From Octopus sinensis (lineage: Eukaryota): a stretch of DNA of 64,000 nt. A model generated the notes under the pieces. The model was not told the origin of the DNA and made no database searches. It saw only the letters and a program-made list of their open reading frames with translations. The translations under genes were made by a program, and so were the position numbers. Positions 14,565 through 27,829 of the stretch are shown here, in pieces; the stretch's first letter is position 1, and the number at the start of each line of letters is the position of its first letter. The stretch is from NCBI RefSeq assembly GCF_006345805.1, contig NC_043012.1, positions 51,522,001 to 51,586,000 on the forward strand, written 5' to 3'.

Positions 14565-14583
14565 TAGATATATATATATATAT

Positions 14584-14661
<78 letters not shown>

Positions 14662-14675
14662 TGATCGATAGATGT

Positions 14676-14904
14676 ATTTCTTTATTGGCCACACAGGGCT
14701 GAACACAGACGGGACAAAATACAAAGTAGAGCTTTTCATTCTGGGGGAAAGAAAACAAGAAAGAAAAAACAAGGCAGGGTAGGTTATATACCCCGAAAGG
14801 ATGAAAGGCAAAGTCGACCTCGGCGGAATTTGAACTCGGAACGTAACGACAGACGAAATACGGCTACGCATTTCGCCCGGCGTGCTAACGTTTCTGACAG
14901 CTCG
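14676..14904 (-). mobile_element. Type C SINE head/body joined to a Tx1-LINE 3' tail
   Basis: Minus strand CGAGCTGTCAGAAACGTTAGCACGCCGGGCGAAATG...GAGTTCAAATTCCGCCGAGGTCGACTTTGCCTTTCATCCTTTCGGGG, then CCCCCAGAATGAAAAGCTCTACTTTG...AGCCCTGTGTGGCCAATAAAGAAA, closely matching the 3' end of the LINE at 13546-13620. Confidence 0.88.
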
Positions 14905-14923
14905 AGATAGTTAGATAGATAGG

Positions 14924-14980
<57 letters not shown>

Positions 14981-14981
14981 T

Positions 14982-15057
<76 letters not shown>

Positions 15058-15058
15058 T

Positions 15059-15380
15059 GTTTCTTTATTAGCCACACAGGGCTGCACACAGATAGAACAA
15101 ATTACAAGGTAGAGCTTTTCTTTTGGGGGTAAAAATAAAAAAAAAAGAGAGTGGTGGTTTTCGATCAAAAGGGATCGTAAAAGGAAAGAAAAATGACAAA
15201 AAAAAGGGAGGGGTTAAAAAAAAGGGGGGGGAGAAAATAAAGAAAAAAAATGAATAATAGGGATCGTTATCACAGAAATGTCAATATGAAGTGTAAAGGG
15301 GAGGACAGGTGAGGTTTACCCGTGGAAAGAAAATCCTACGGAAAAGACCACGGTAACCTCGGTCAATGAAGTCACATGTT
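15059..15380 (-). mobile_element. Tx1-clade LINE 3' UTR-only copy
   Basis: Matches the 3' UTR of 13546-13810 (GAAAAGACCACGGTAACC, GGGATCGT, CACACAGGGCTGCACACAGAT, TTTCTTTATT); flanked by (GATA)n on both sides. Confidence 0.88.
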
Positions 15381-15393
15381 ATATTTCTTTTTT

Positions 15394-15439
<46 letters not shown>

Positions 15440-16688
15440 TATATTTTATAAAGAAAACATTAAGATTTACTTTCTGGCCAGCAGTTTCAAATTTTAGAAA
15501 GAATGTTGCAGAAATAAATATTAGACGTTGTAAAAATAGATAAAAATAACAGATTTTACAAGCGCCGCTCAAACTCCACGCAGCTCAACAAACAGAATAC
15601 AATCGAGTTTGTTTACAACAGTAAATTTTTTAGTACATAAACATGCTTAAAAGACGCTTTTAACGGCCAAAGCGCGGAAAGCCTTTCCTTTATAAAAATA
15701 TATTATCGTATGTACAAATACAAATTGCTTTCTCATTTAATGTATTGTATTTCCTATGATGGGTTTTCTAATTTCCCATACGCGTGCATATATATATATA
15801 AATATATATATATATCGTATATAACATATACATGCATACATATAAATTTATTTCGCGAGTTAACATTCACAAGATAAGAAATAGAAATAAGTTACCTAGG
15901 TTTTTTAATTTTTACTTCGGAACATATAGTAATGACCGCATCAAAAAATAAATGTAAATATATTAGTTGTCACTATACGACACATGTCAATTTATGTTTA
16001 TCGCTAAGGTTTATGACGGAATAGCATGCGTTATCATACTTGTTAACATATGTTCCTCGATAGTATATAAAGATTTATCAGCCATTATTTTTGGTAATAT
16101 CTCTTATTTCATTTTATCATCTTGGAAACTGCGTCATCTTCGGAAAACACCTAAGTAGAATTTGTAAACTTTTAAGGTTAGTTTCGTTCCATATTCGTAG
16201 TTCTTAAATGTGTCATTTGGTTTTCATACATCTTCCAATTGTACTTTTAAAATTCTGCTTTGTTTATTTTCAAACACATCTCAATTTGAAAAAAAATGTT
16301 TTGTTTCCATCTTTGATCGTATTTATGTTTAAACAATTGGTAATATTTATTATCCATTCTACAACATTTTTTTGTTAAAAATAACTGAATTTTTCGCATT
16401 AAATAACTTGCACTATATCAATTAAAACCAGTATCTTGTGAATTTTCACTGGTATTGAAAATGAGTCTGAATGCACACTTAATAATCTTTCATACATAAT
16501 GAACTTCTGAAATTAGGAGAAATGCTATGCTTCTTATAAATACTCTTCAGTTTAGAATTAATCGGAAAAATCATCGAACACCTTAAAACTTTTCAGATTC
16601 TACTCAGGTAATCGATAAAATATGCGCCAATAAATTATTTGAGATATCCAATAGTATGAGCCATATATATTTCTGGAAATACGTATAT

Positions 16689-16751
<63 letters not shown>

Positions 16752-16755
16752 CTAC

Positions 16756-17070
16756 AGGCGCAGACGTGGCTGTCGTAAGATGTTTGCTTCTCCATCACAT
16801 ACTTTCGGGATTACTCTCATCGCGTGGCAGTTTGGGTGTCTTATAGTATAAAAACGGCCAAAGCCTTTTGAGTGGATTTGGTAAACGGAAACTGAAAGAA
16901 GCCCGTCGTATATATATATATATATATATAATATATATATATCTGTGTGTGTGTGTGTGTCTTTCTGTCTGTGTTTGTCTCTCCATCACCGCTTGACAAA
17001 CGATGCTGATGTGTTTACGTCCCCGTAACTTAGCTGTTGGCAAGAAACACTGATAGAATAAGTACTAGTC
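16756..17070 (+). mobile_element. Type A SINE, diverged
   Basis: AGGCGCAGACGTGGCTG...GAGTGGATTTGGTAAACGGAAACTGAAAGAAGCCCGTCG...GTGTTTACGTCCCCGTAACTTAGC...GATAGAATAAGTACTAG. Confidence 0.85.
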
Positions 17071-17778
17071 TTTAAAAAGTGATACAAAAAGGGACAACAA
17101 AACATCCAGATAGACGATACAAAAAAGAGGGACGTGTAATTCGAAGCATTTAATCTTCAGGGAAGAACTGGATCCTCCTCGCAATTTCGATTGATTAATC
17201 TTGAGATTGCACCAATATGGCCAACACTAAGGAAAAACTAAGCTAAGGCCAGATATATATATATAATGCCTCCTGGCATGTATGTATAATTATGCCCTCT
17301 ATATATATATATATATATATATTTACACCCACCCACGCAATTTTCATAAAAGATCCATCGATAAAGAGGATTCAAAGAACAATAAGATTTTTTTTTTGTG
17401 CTACATTGTTTTCTCGTATTTCATTGTTATTCCATGAAGAAAGATCTGAATATCATTGAATATCTTAATTTCTCTAAAAAACCCTCTTTACCAGAATTAT
17501 ATCCTCTCTCACTTCATATATCAATTTTATGAGAATAAGTATTTTTCTTATATTATTGTCTGATAGAAACACCCGATCAATGTTTGACATCGCGTTCCTG
17601 TTGAAGAAATAAACCAAGTATTTCGCTTCATAGTGGTTTAAATACTGGACATTTGATAGTTGTCTTGTAACCTTGTATGCTAAATGGCAATGATTATTGC
17701 ACGTAATTTCTTGCGTAAACATACACTCCTTTATATATACATATATACTTACGTATATATATACATATATATATATAA

Positions 17779-17990
17779 TTGAATAAGGGTAGAAATTGAT
17801 ATTACTCTATTAAAACCAGTGGCCTAGCATATTAAAAAAATCCGAAGATTAACTTACTTTTACATACAAAATTTAAAGAACTGACCACAAAAAGTGGACG
17901 GTCAATATGCTAGATGTAGACGTCAAAATCGCTATTTTCTACGAAGAATGTGTTCTTAAGAAAAAACTCAGCACAAAACCAAAGTATACA
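17779..17990 (-). repeat. Dispersed repeat terminus abutting (TA)n (probable Penelope-like terminus); inverse copy at 34545-34790
   Basis: AATAAGGGTAGAAATTGATATT...TAAAACCAGTGGCCTAGCATATT...ATCCGAAG is the reverse complement of CTTCGGAT...AATATGCTAGGCCACTGGTTTTAA...AATATCAATTTCTACCCTTATT at 34720-34787. Confidence 0.7.
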
Positions 17991-18005
17991 TATATATATA
18001 CACAC

Positions 18006-18079
<74 letters not shown>

Positions 18080-18147
18080 ATACACACACATATATATATA
18101 TATATATATACATATATATATACACACACATATATATATATATATAT

Positions 18148-18215
<68 letters not shown>

Positions 18216-20948
18216 GCCTACACACACACTCATATATATATACATCCTGGTTCTCGCACTAGAAATTTATTTTGATTTTTTGTCTTGTTTGATTTTTGTT
18301 TTCTGCTTTCCTTTTCTTTTTTTGTCTTCTCTTGCTGCTTTTATTTTTTTTACCAAATTCTTTTTTTATTCATTCGTTCACATACAAAAACTATTAATAT
18401 TTAGTAAATATCCATAATTCATTTTTTTCTTAAATATCTATTTTCATTTTTCTAAATATTCTACGTGTCGGCTCCATTTTCTTTCTACCGTCCTCATCCC
18501 CATCCTCCTTTTTCTGCAGATGTCCTAAACCCTTATTGCTTCAATTAACTAACTTTTTCTATCTATTTTCCATGATGCTGCACTAATTGCCCAATTACTA
18601 TTCGACAAGATATATTTTTTTACATTCTAATAGTTTTTTAAGTATATCGTTTTCTTCTCTTTCTATTAACGACATTTTCATATCGGAAAACTTTCATACC
18701 GATTTTCTTTTTTTTAAATTCCTTCTTTTGTTTTCGATGTTATTTTTTTGCCTTTCGAAATATGAAATAATTGATTTTATTTATTTTGTTATTTTTTCTT
18801 CGACATTTTACACTGTATCGGGTTTTTTTCGTTTTTATTTTTATTCGTGACTTTATATTCACGGTTTTATACACTTTCCTTCCGTTTGACAAAGTTATTT
18901 CCTTTGTTTATTAGCTTTTTTTATTAAAAGACATCTACAAATACTTATTTTCATATACAATCTATAGATATTATCATTATGATATTATTACACACATATT
19001 ATATTAGAGAGTCCATAACACTTTGGGATGAATAATAGAAAGTGACCGAAATAAGAAATCAACTTTGTGAGTTAATTTTAATTAGAAGTAACCAAATCAC
19101 ACAGCAAATGCTCAGATTAGTTACGGACGTTTTGGTTACCAACGTAAGCATGAATCTTGAAATTTAAGGATTGGCTATACTGGATTAGATCCTCCTGACT
19201 ACTGAACTGATATTAAATTTTTCGGCTCTGGATAGCAAAAAAGTTCATAAGGTAAAGAGACACAGCTAAAGTTTGTAAGAAGTTTTAACTATCACTATAT
19301 CAAAACCACCACTGAACAATCATAACTATTTTTCCTATTTCTTACAAAGAATATCGGTTGGTTGATTTTTTTTCTTCGATCTACGCATTTATAAGAAAAT
19401 ATATGCCACGACACATTTTTATTCCCACCCGCAGACAAACACAGTCTATCAGCTTTGCTTAGAAATTCAAACATGCATATACCCAACCATATACACGTGT
19501 GTGTGCGTGTATATGTAAGTGTATGTTTCCGCATATGTATGTATATCAGTTGCTTGTGTTTAGACATTTTATTGACAGAAACGAAATGCACCTTTGAAGG
19601 TATATATTTGATTACTTAGAAAACCGCCAACTTACCTGTTTAATACTTGTTCAATATCTTATTTTCTAAAGAAATAATTCTAATGTCTTAAAATAATATT
19701 CGGCTGATCCTCTTTAAATAACAACCGATTATCTTATGATTACAAACATTTTATAATAATGTTCAATGATTCCTTCTAGAAACTTTTCTAGCAACGCCGT
19801 TATTTTTAGAACAACTACAAATAACGGCGAAATTAGCCTTGTATCACACAGTGTAGCAAATATTTTACAAAACACACTGGCGAAAAAAAAAGAAGAAAAC
19901 ATGGTACAATCATTGTTGGAGAGTAATTCGCTATATATTTTATTATAGATCTGGGTTGATCTACAGTTAGAATATATCAATGTAAATTCGGTTCAACATA
20001 ATGTCGTTCTCATCTTTTCTATAAAGATCCTATGATATTTTCTCAACAAGTTGACGATGCTAATATTTTTTGTCGTTGCTTTTGTTCTGTTTCAGGACAA
20101 ACTTAATATTATTGGCGAATGATGAATGTAAATTCAGTTGTGTTCGATTTTATTTAATGCTTAGTAATTCTTGGACTGCCTCAACTATTTATGTCTATTT
20201 TAAAGCAGTTAGGAGGATTTGAAAAAATTATCCGTTATGTTTTGCATGAGGTATGTCTATGTAGAGACTTTCTCGCTGGTATGCGACGTTTAGCGTGCAA
20301 TGTGCCGAGAATGATAAAGCAGCATACGGTATTTAATTATATGCATAAATATTCATATCCAGTTTTATTAGAATTAAATATGTCATCCAATGAATCATGA
20401 GAAATATATTTGAATAGATTTAATAAAATATAAATAATTTTCACTTGGTATGGGTAATTGTACAGATAGTTAAATCCTTCCTCGAGATTTTGAAGTAAAG
20501 TTTTTAAGTGAAGAGTATTGGTGGACCCTCGCCGGCTCGATGCATAATGAGGTCACTGGAATCAAAACCTGAAATGGCCCCAACCACACCAGGCAAGACC
20601 ATGAAACAAGTATTTGAAACTGCAATATCCATATACTTTATTAGATGATGCAATGTGATTTGAGGGAGATGGTTGTGATATTTCTAACATGTTGTGCGAC
20701 AGTTCATTTGTAGGATCATTAGAGAAGGCCCAGTAATAAACGTGGAAGATAATTATTCATAAATGCATTATTTGCATATCTTTAATGAAGTTATTTAAAT
20801 TTGTATTTTCAGTGAGATAATGTTTACACAAGCAATAGCGTCAACATCAATTTCGTTTTAGTTTGCTCTTGAGGCTGTTTAGAACTTAGCTTCGAAAGAA
20901 TTTCTCATGAGGCTTCCTAGTAATTAATATATCCGGGAAGATAAGACA

Positions 20949-21115
20949 GCGAGCTAGCAGAAACGTTGGCATGCCGGGAAAATGCAGCATATTCTCCGTC
21001 TTTACGTTCTCAGTTCCCGTTCCTCTGAGGTCAACTTTGCCTTTTATCCTTTCGGGATTGATATAAGTATCAGTCGAACACGAAGATCAATGTAATCGAC
21101 TTTCTCCCTCCCTTA
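20949..21115 (+). mobile_element. Type C SINE, diverged
   Basis: GCGAGCTAGCAGAAACGTTGGCATGCCGGG...GAGGTCAACTTTGCCTTTTATCCTTTCGGGATTGAT...GATCAATGTAATCGACT. Confidence 0.8.
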
Positions 21116-22441
21116 GCACATTACTGACTTTGTGCTAAAATTTGAAACCAATATATTCGGCAAGGTACTGGTGGTGTGATATGTGGAAATCGGAACAGTA
21201 ATTTCTTATAGGTTGAACTTAGAAGAATCTTCATTGAGCCGATATATACTAAGTATTTGCCACATAATATTATTACAAACAGAGTTATGTTTAATATATG
21301 ATTTGAAAGTGTTATCCCAATTCACTATTAATGAAGAAAAAACTAATTTCCTTGCGCGACTTTAACCAGAATAATTTGCATCTATTGCAAACGACATACC
21401 CTAGCGTTCCGGGTATCTTTACTTGTACTGAGTGAAAACAACTACCGATATCCGCATTCGACGTAAGATAAAAAGTTAACTGCGGTCATGATGTGGATGA
21501 TATGGGGATAAATGACTTCAATGAATACAGATAATTACCTGTAATATGTATTGAGGAACGTGAGCATATGAATGTGAAAGATAACCTAAGGAGGAACTAA
21601 ACCAAAAAAACATCTCAAGGTGACCGACTAGATGCAGCAAGATATTTTATAAATACAAATATGAGTTTTGTCTGATATCTAAGATGGTAAAGATACATAG
21701 ATCATGTGATCATATCCGATTTACGTAAGCGTACTCTCTATCTAGCGTGCTATATCTGAAAACAGGGTTTATCTCTTAAGTATACATTTTATGAGCACGG
21801 AACTTATACGATGTAAATCATCAAAGCTTTACAATAATTCGCGCATTGAATTGTTTGGTTTATCCATTGTGTTTCTAACGTTTTGTTCTTCAGAAACATA
21901 TTGCAAATCCGTACTACTAGCAAGAAGAGCAGTACTAATGACTGTTTCTGCAATGATACCAAAGTAGATTAAAGAAGCAGAAGTGCCTGGTGTTAAAACA
22001 AGTGTTAAAACAAGTGGTATTCTTAGCACACTGCGCAAAACTGATCCAGTTTTACTGAGAGTTTCCATAAATCTTTGTGCACACAATTTCATTGCAAGAA
22101 TTAACACAACACGAGTCCATTGCCCCGCGATTTTGGGATTGATCATTAAACGTATGCTTCACGTGACATTCACACCCATGACTACAGAAAACATTGCTCT
22201 ATTTATGTTGACGAAAAATAACAAACGTATATACACACAAACTAAAATATACATCTGTCTATCAATACTTGTATATAAATGAACATATTACATCATGTAA
22301 GTTTAAATGATGTATGTTCGTAGGATGAACATACAAATATTTAAGTTGCATAGAACTTATTTTAATTTTCGTTTATCCAGTCATTCGTTTATATACATAT
22401 GTGTATGTTTCTATGTGAGCGCGGATGGTCGGATGCACAGC

Positions 22442-22539
<98 letters not shown>

Positions 22540-22620
22540 TGGAGCAAAAACTGTCCGACAAACGGCAACGGGAAACTCAGAGTAACAGTTTTGTTGAATT
22601 TTCTGCTGCTTTAAATAAAG

Positions 22621-22654
<34 letters not shown>

Positions 22655-23090
22655 ATATATATATATATGTGCGTGTGAGTGTGTGCGTGTGTATACAACT
22701 ACAAATATACGTATACGTATTTGTGTTCATCTATATGTGTATGTGCCTACATGTACCTGCATATAGAGGCTTACAAATACGGTCGTAAAGCAAAATAGTA
22801 AGAGTGAAGGTGTGATTTCTCTCTGAGGATGTTCTTGCCTGGCATTGTTTCGGGACAAATAAACGAAGTACCAGTACTGTGGTAGTGTAGTCCTTTTTTT
22901 TTACTTTCCTGTATTTGTCTTTTTCCCCATTTCCCTTCGTTTTCGGAAGTAATGTGCAGGTCCATGTCAAAAATCCGAAGCAGCATTGTGTATCCTGACA
23001 ATTGTTCCCACAACTTCATTATATATCAGCAGATTGATGGTGTGTATATGTTTATTTCTCTCTCTCTCTTTGTCTTTCTCTCTCTCACTT

Positions 23091-23188
<98 letters not shown>

Positions 23189-24349
23189 CATATATACATA
23201 TCTATCTATCTATCTATATATATATATATAAAGATATCTATATCTGTGTATATGAGTGCGCGTGCGTATGTGTGTGTGCCTGTGTGTGGATGTGTGTGTC
23301 AGTATGTTAACTAGAAATAAATATGTAGCCGAAACTATTTAGAGTCTAATGTCGAAACATATGGAAACCTGTGAAATCATATAAGCTTCATGCCTTAATA
23401 GTCACAATACGTCCTTCGCGCTTTATGCTACTCGTATTTTTCTATTTTCTTCCTCCATTCATTTTTTCTTGTTTATTTGCAAAGAAACGAGGAGAGTAAA
23501 AAAAAATGAGAGAGAAATAGAATGCGAAGAAACATGCGTTTAAAGTAAATATAAAACATATAATATACAAAAAAACTACCTAAAAGGTATTACTATATTG
23601 TTTGCGGACAATATAATCCTTGCATTGTAAACGTACTACTCACATACACAAACAAGCATATACACACACACTGAAACACGCACCTACACAATCAAATGAT
23701 GTCTTCTCGTAAATATTATTGCTAAACAAGCCAATATATTTTTTCTGGAACACTGAGACGTAATTAAGAGAAATACAGACATATAATACTGTTATAAAGC
23801 TGTCAAAATTAGTGCCATGTCACTCTAAATTGAAACCTGATAATGAATTGTCTGCTTTTATTTTATTTATTTATTTTTTTGTTTAATATTATTTTTTACG
23901 TTTGTTTTATCATTTTAGCAAACCCATCTTAGAATTTTAATAACTGTTTTGATACTGTGTTGGCTGAATGAATTGTTGAGTATCACGTTCTCAGAATACT
24001 TAAAGACAAGCAAGTGGAAAGGAGATGAACGAGAAGAGAGCTATTTATCAATATTATCTAATAAGGAACATTGTCCATTCTGAAAACAGCTATATTCATT
24101 TTCTTGCTGTGGTTGCAACAGTGTATTGATGAATTCAAGACATAAAGCTGACAATCACGTCCGTATTGCGCAGCGGGAAACTGTCAAATGTCTGCAGGTG
24201 GAGGAAACTTTTCATCAGATAGGAGTCTAAATGTGTGCAACAATAGGCATGGCCTCCTAGCACTTATAGACACTGCGTTATATCGGAACTGTGGAGCAAA
24301 TAAAATTAGCACATTAGCTTCACATACAAACACTCACACACACACGCGT

Positions 24350-24386
<37 letters not shown>

Positions 24387-25290
24387 AACTCACATTCACA
24401 CTCGCATCATACACATACTCACACACTCTTCACAGTGGCACTATTAAATTCAGACACGTATAAAGGCATAGAGCTACACATGTATATTAAATTATTTTAA
24501 ATCTCTTTTATTCAGAGAATTCTGCACAAATATACAAATAACAATGCAGGAATGCAGATGAAGCCGAAGATAATATAAGTAATGTACAAATGATTCTATA
24601 CGTAAAACTATTAACCATATTGCCACCAATTGGTCGCCGAAATGATAGACAACATTGAAATATTCAACTTTGTATCCAGAGCAAGTTGATTACGTCACAA
24701 GTCAGTATTCTTCTTTCATAGATGTTCAGTCTAGTAACCAGTAAGGGGGTAAGAATATTGTAGTAAATATTCAACTATGGAAACGGGGGAAACATTCTAA
24801 TATCAATGACTAATCTGAAATACCTCTTCCCTCTTGATTTTTTCCCTTTCATACTCCCCACCAATATTTGAGTTATTTCGATTTCCAGCCATTTGTCCTC
24901 CTCGAGATACATAAAATTAAAGTCTTCTAACAAGTACCTATGGAACTATGAGCTCTAAGATAAGAGTTTTCATGTAGATTCAAGAGAAGTGAATTTTGTC
25001 TTGACTTCGAGCAATTTTTGTAATTTAAGCGTTTTATATCGCCAATACTCCGCATTAACGCCGTTTGATAAATATTTCCCATGGGTCGACAAATGGTACA
25101 ATGAATCTCAGCTTCTGTTACAAGGGAACGACTATAAATCACTGCAGAAACAAAATCTCTTCGTTCCAAGAGAGCCTTATTTTTCTTTTCTTCGGGGTTT
25201 GAATTTTAAATACTCAATGGTGAAAGTTACAACTTACATTTAATGAACGTGTGCTGATATGTGATTATGCAGGTATGCAGAACGCGCGCG

Positions 25291-25359
<69 letters not shown>

Positions 25360-26251
25360 GCGTGTTGCCCTGCATATGTACGTATTTGTGTGTGTGTATT
25401 TGTCCATGTTTGTGTGTAGATAGACACCGAGTTACAGGTGATGCGTTAATTTACATTCGATGTTAAGTATACTACACATTTAGGCTCTCTTTGATGATAG
25501 AGATTGACTAGACATCGGGCGTCTTGGAACACAACGGACCGAAGAACTAGACCTTCATGAACTTCACCAGGCATTCCTTTGAGTGTATGTAGGTAACATG
25601 AAACTCGTTTTAAAATCTAAAATTATATGCACATACACTGAGATCCTGTACGTAAATACATAGATTAAATACTACTGTGCTTTCTCCAAAATGTTCGTTG
25701 TGCATTTGTGTATTATCATTTGTGGGATTATCATATGTGTCAATCCCCTTTCGTTCTAAACAGAAATAAATCAGTGTATCGTTAGTTGAGGAACATGATA
25801 TGAGTACGATACGGCAATAATAAATGCTTATTAACTGAAGGCTCGTAAAAATATTTCTAACTCGTGAAACAAATCAAAGTCGAGGATTTTGTAGCCAATA
25901 GGCAATTCCTTCTGGAAAAATTTAATAGACGGGAGAAAAAAGAAAGTTTATCATATATCAAAATATATCCGTCACAGTCACTAAAAGTGACCAAGGGTGA
26001 AGGGAGCACCACCATTGCTAGAAATAAGAGTTATAAACTCATAAGCCACATAAAGCTGATGTTCTTTATGTGGCTAAATAGGCTATGATTCTTATTTCTA
26101 GGAATTCTGGTGTTCCCTGCAACCTTGATCGCAGTGAATTATTTCCTTTTTTTTGTTTTTATTTGCGTCAAAACATGTTAATTTTATATGTGTGTGTGTA
26201 TGTATATATATACATGCACACATGCACACATCGCATATATGTAGCTATGTA

Positions 26252-26286
<35 letters not shown>

Positions 26287-26320
26287 ATATAATATATATA
26301 TATATATAATATATATATAT

Positions 26321-26452
26321 AGGCGTGGTTTCTTACCAGTCACATTGTTCCAGGTTCAGTCCCACTGCGTGGCAAATGTTTTCTGCAAAAGACTCGGGCT
26401 GGCTAAAGCCTAATGAGTGAATTTGGTACATGGAAAATTTAAGAAGCCCGTC

Positions 26453-26495
<43 letters not shown>

Positions 26496-26750
26496 ATAGA
26501 TATATATATATATAATATATATATATATGTATATATCCATATGCATGTATGTGTGTTTGTGTGTGTTTCCAACCACAACTTGACACCCGATGTTGGTGTG
26601 TTTCGAATCCACTTAAGTTAGCGGTGCGGCAAAAGTACCAACAGAATATATAGCATGCTTGAAATATAAGTATTGTGGTTAATTCATTAGAGTAAAAACA
26701 TTCCATGCGGCCCCAGCATGGCCACAGTGTAATGGCTACAACAAGTAATA
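26321..26750 (+). mobile_element. Type A SINE, diverged
   Basis: GGTTCAGTCCCACTGCGTGGCA...AAGAAGCCCGTCGTATA...CTTAAGTTAGCGGTGCGGCAAAAG...CCAGCATGGCCACAGT. Confidence 0.8.
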
Positions 26751-26936
26751 GAATATATATATATATATATATAATCATATCAAAGGGAGATGTAATTTAA
26801 TTAAAAGTAAAATATTCAATCAAAATTTACATTTCCAGTGGTCTAACGTGCAAAAACAATTAGTCAAGAAGACTATATATTAGTCATACGATATAGTGTA
26901 TATTTATACACATAAGGAATAAATATACACTATATC

Positions 26937-26999
<63 letters not shown>

Positions 27000-27076
27000 A
27001 TATATTATATATATATACAGGTGACCCGTTAATACTATCGCGGTAAAATTGACCAAGGAAAATTCCACCAGGTGAA

Positions 27077-27078
<2 letters not shown>

Positions 27079-27121
<43 letters not shown>

Positions 27122-27133
27122 TATTATTATTAT
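27079..27133. repeat. (ATT)n / (TAA)n microsatellite
   Basis: Near-perfect ATT repeat immediately upstream of the R4/Dong-like fragment. Confidence 0.95.
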
Positions 27134-27199
27134 TAGGGTTACAATATTACGTAAATAAAGAAAGAATGCGTAAAAAATAATATCAATAATGTCAAGTAA

Positions 27200-27800
27200 T
27201 ACAAATATACGAGAGAGAAAAATAATTAAAGTACAATCACACAAACAAAGACACGGCGAATACTTTAAAGACCTCATTGTGGAAACAGTGTGAAAAAGAA
27301 ACTCATTGAAATTTGATATGTAAAAATTATTGTACATATTTTACAAGACAGAAACAACTATGGGGAAAAAAAGCATGCAGATATTGCAAAAAACAAAGGA
27401 AATATCGAACATATGGCAATACAATGTGGAAAAATATCACACACGGTATACAAAGAGAGACACGATGAGATAACCAAGACAATCCATGTGAACCTACTAC
27501 ATCAATATAACATACCAAAAAACCGGAAAATCAGAAACGTGCAAATAGAAAATGTAACAAGTGAATGGTTAAGGTTTTAGTAGATAGCTCAGTAATAACC
27601 CCAGACCATATAGAAAGCAATAAACCCGATATTACAATATTTGACCACGAAAGAAATGAAACAATAATAATAGAAATTGGAATAACATCGACAATAAACT
27701 GAACGAAATCGAAATGACAAAAATAGAAAAAAAGTTTAATAGACTTGCTAAAGAAATTAAACAGATGAATGGATATAAGGTTAAAATAATACTATTTATA
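27200..27800 (+). mobile_element. R4/Dong-like RLE non-LTR retrotransposon 3' fragment (frameshifted)
   Basis: CRYC...NIEHMAIQC (CCHC knuckle from 27376), YKERHDEI (RHD at 27458), SNKPDITIFDHERNETIIIEIGITS (PD-(D/E)xK-type nuclease, 27622), then KFNRLAKEIKQMNGYKVKII. Confidence 0.75.
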
Positions 27801-27829
27801 ATGACTTGAGATGGAATGGTCTCAAAGAA

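Larger units (their letters stand above)
14581..15435. repeat. (GATA)n microsatellite tract split by retroelement insertions
   Basis: Long GATA runs at ~14581-14670, ~14906-15056 and ~15385-15435. Confidence 0.95.

Noticed and set aside
13982-14758. 258-aa ORF as an intact gene
   Set aside because: Chimera of SINE tail, (TATC)n read-through and a truncated Tx1 ORF2 C-terminus.
17130-17175. Minus-strand CTGAAGA...GAAT...GTC hammerhead-like remnant
   Set aside because: Core GAAA is altered and stems do not pair.
19729-20400. ORFs 19729-19980 (-), 19766-19948 (+), 20191-20400 (+) and a possible exon 20096-20250
   Set aside because: The AG..GT interval has stops in all frames and the peptides are unrecognisable.
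24927-25169. Minus-strand ORF with TTTTGTTTCTGCAG acceptor
   Set aside because: No strong donor and no recognisable protein family.
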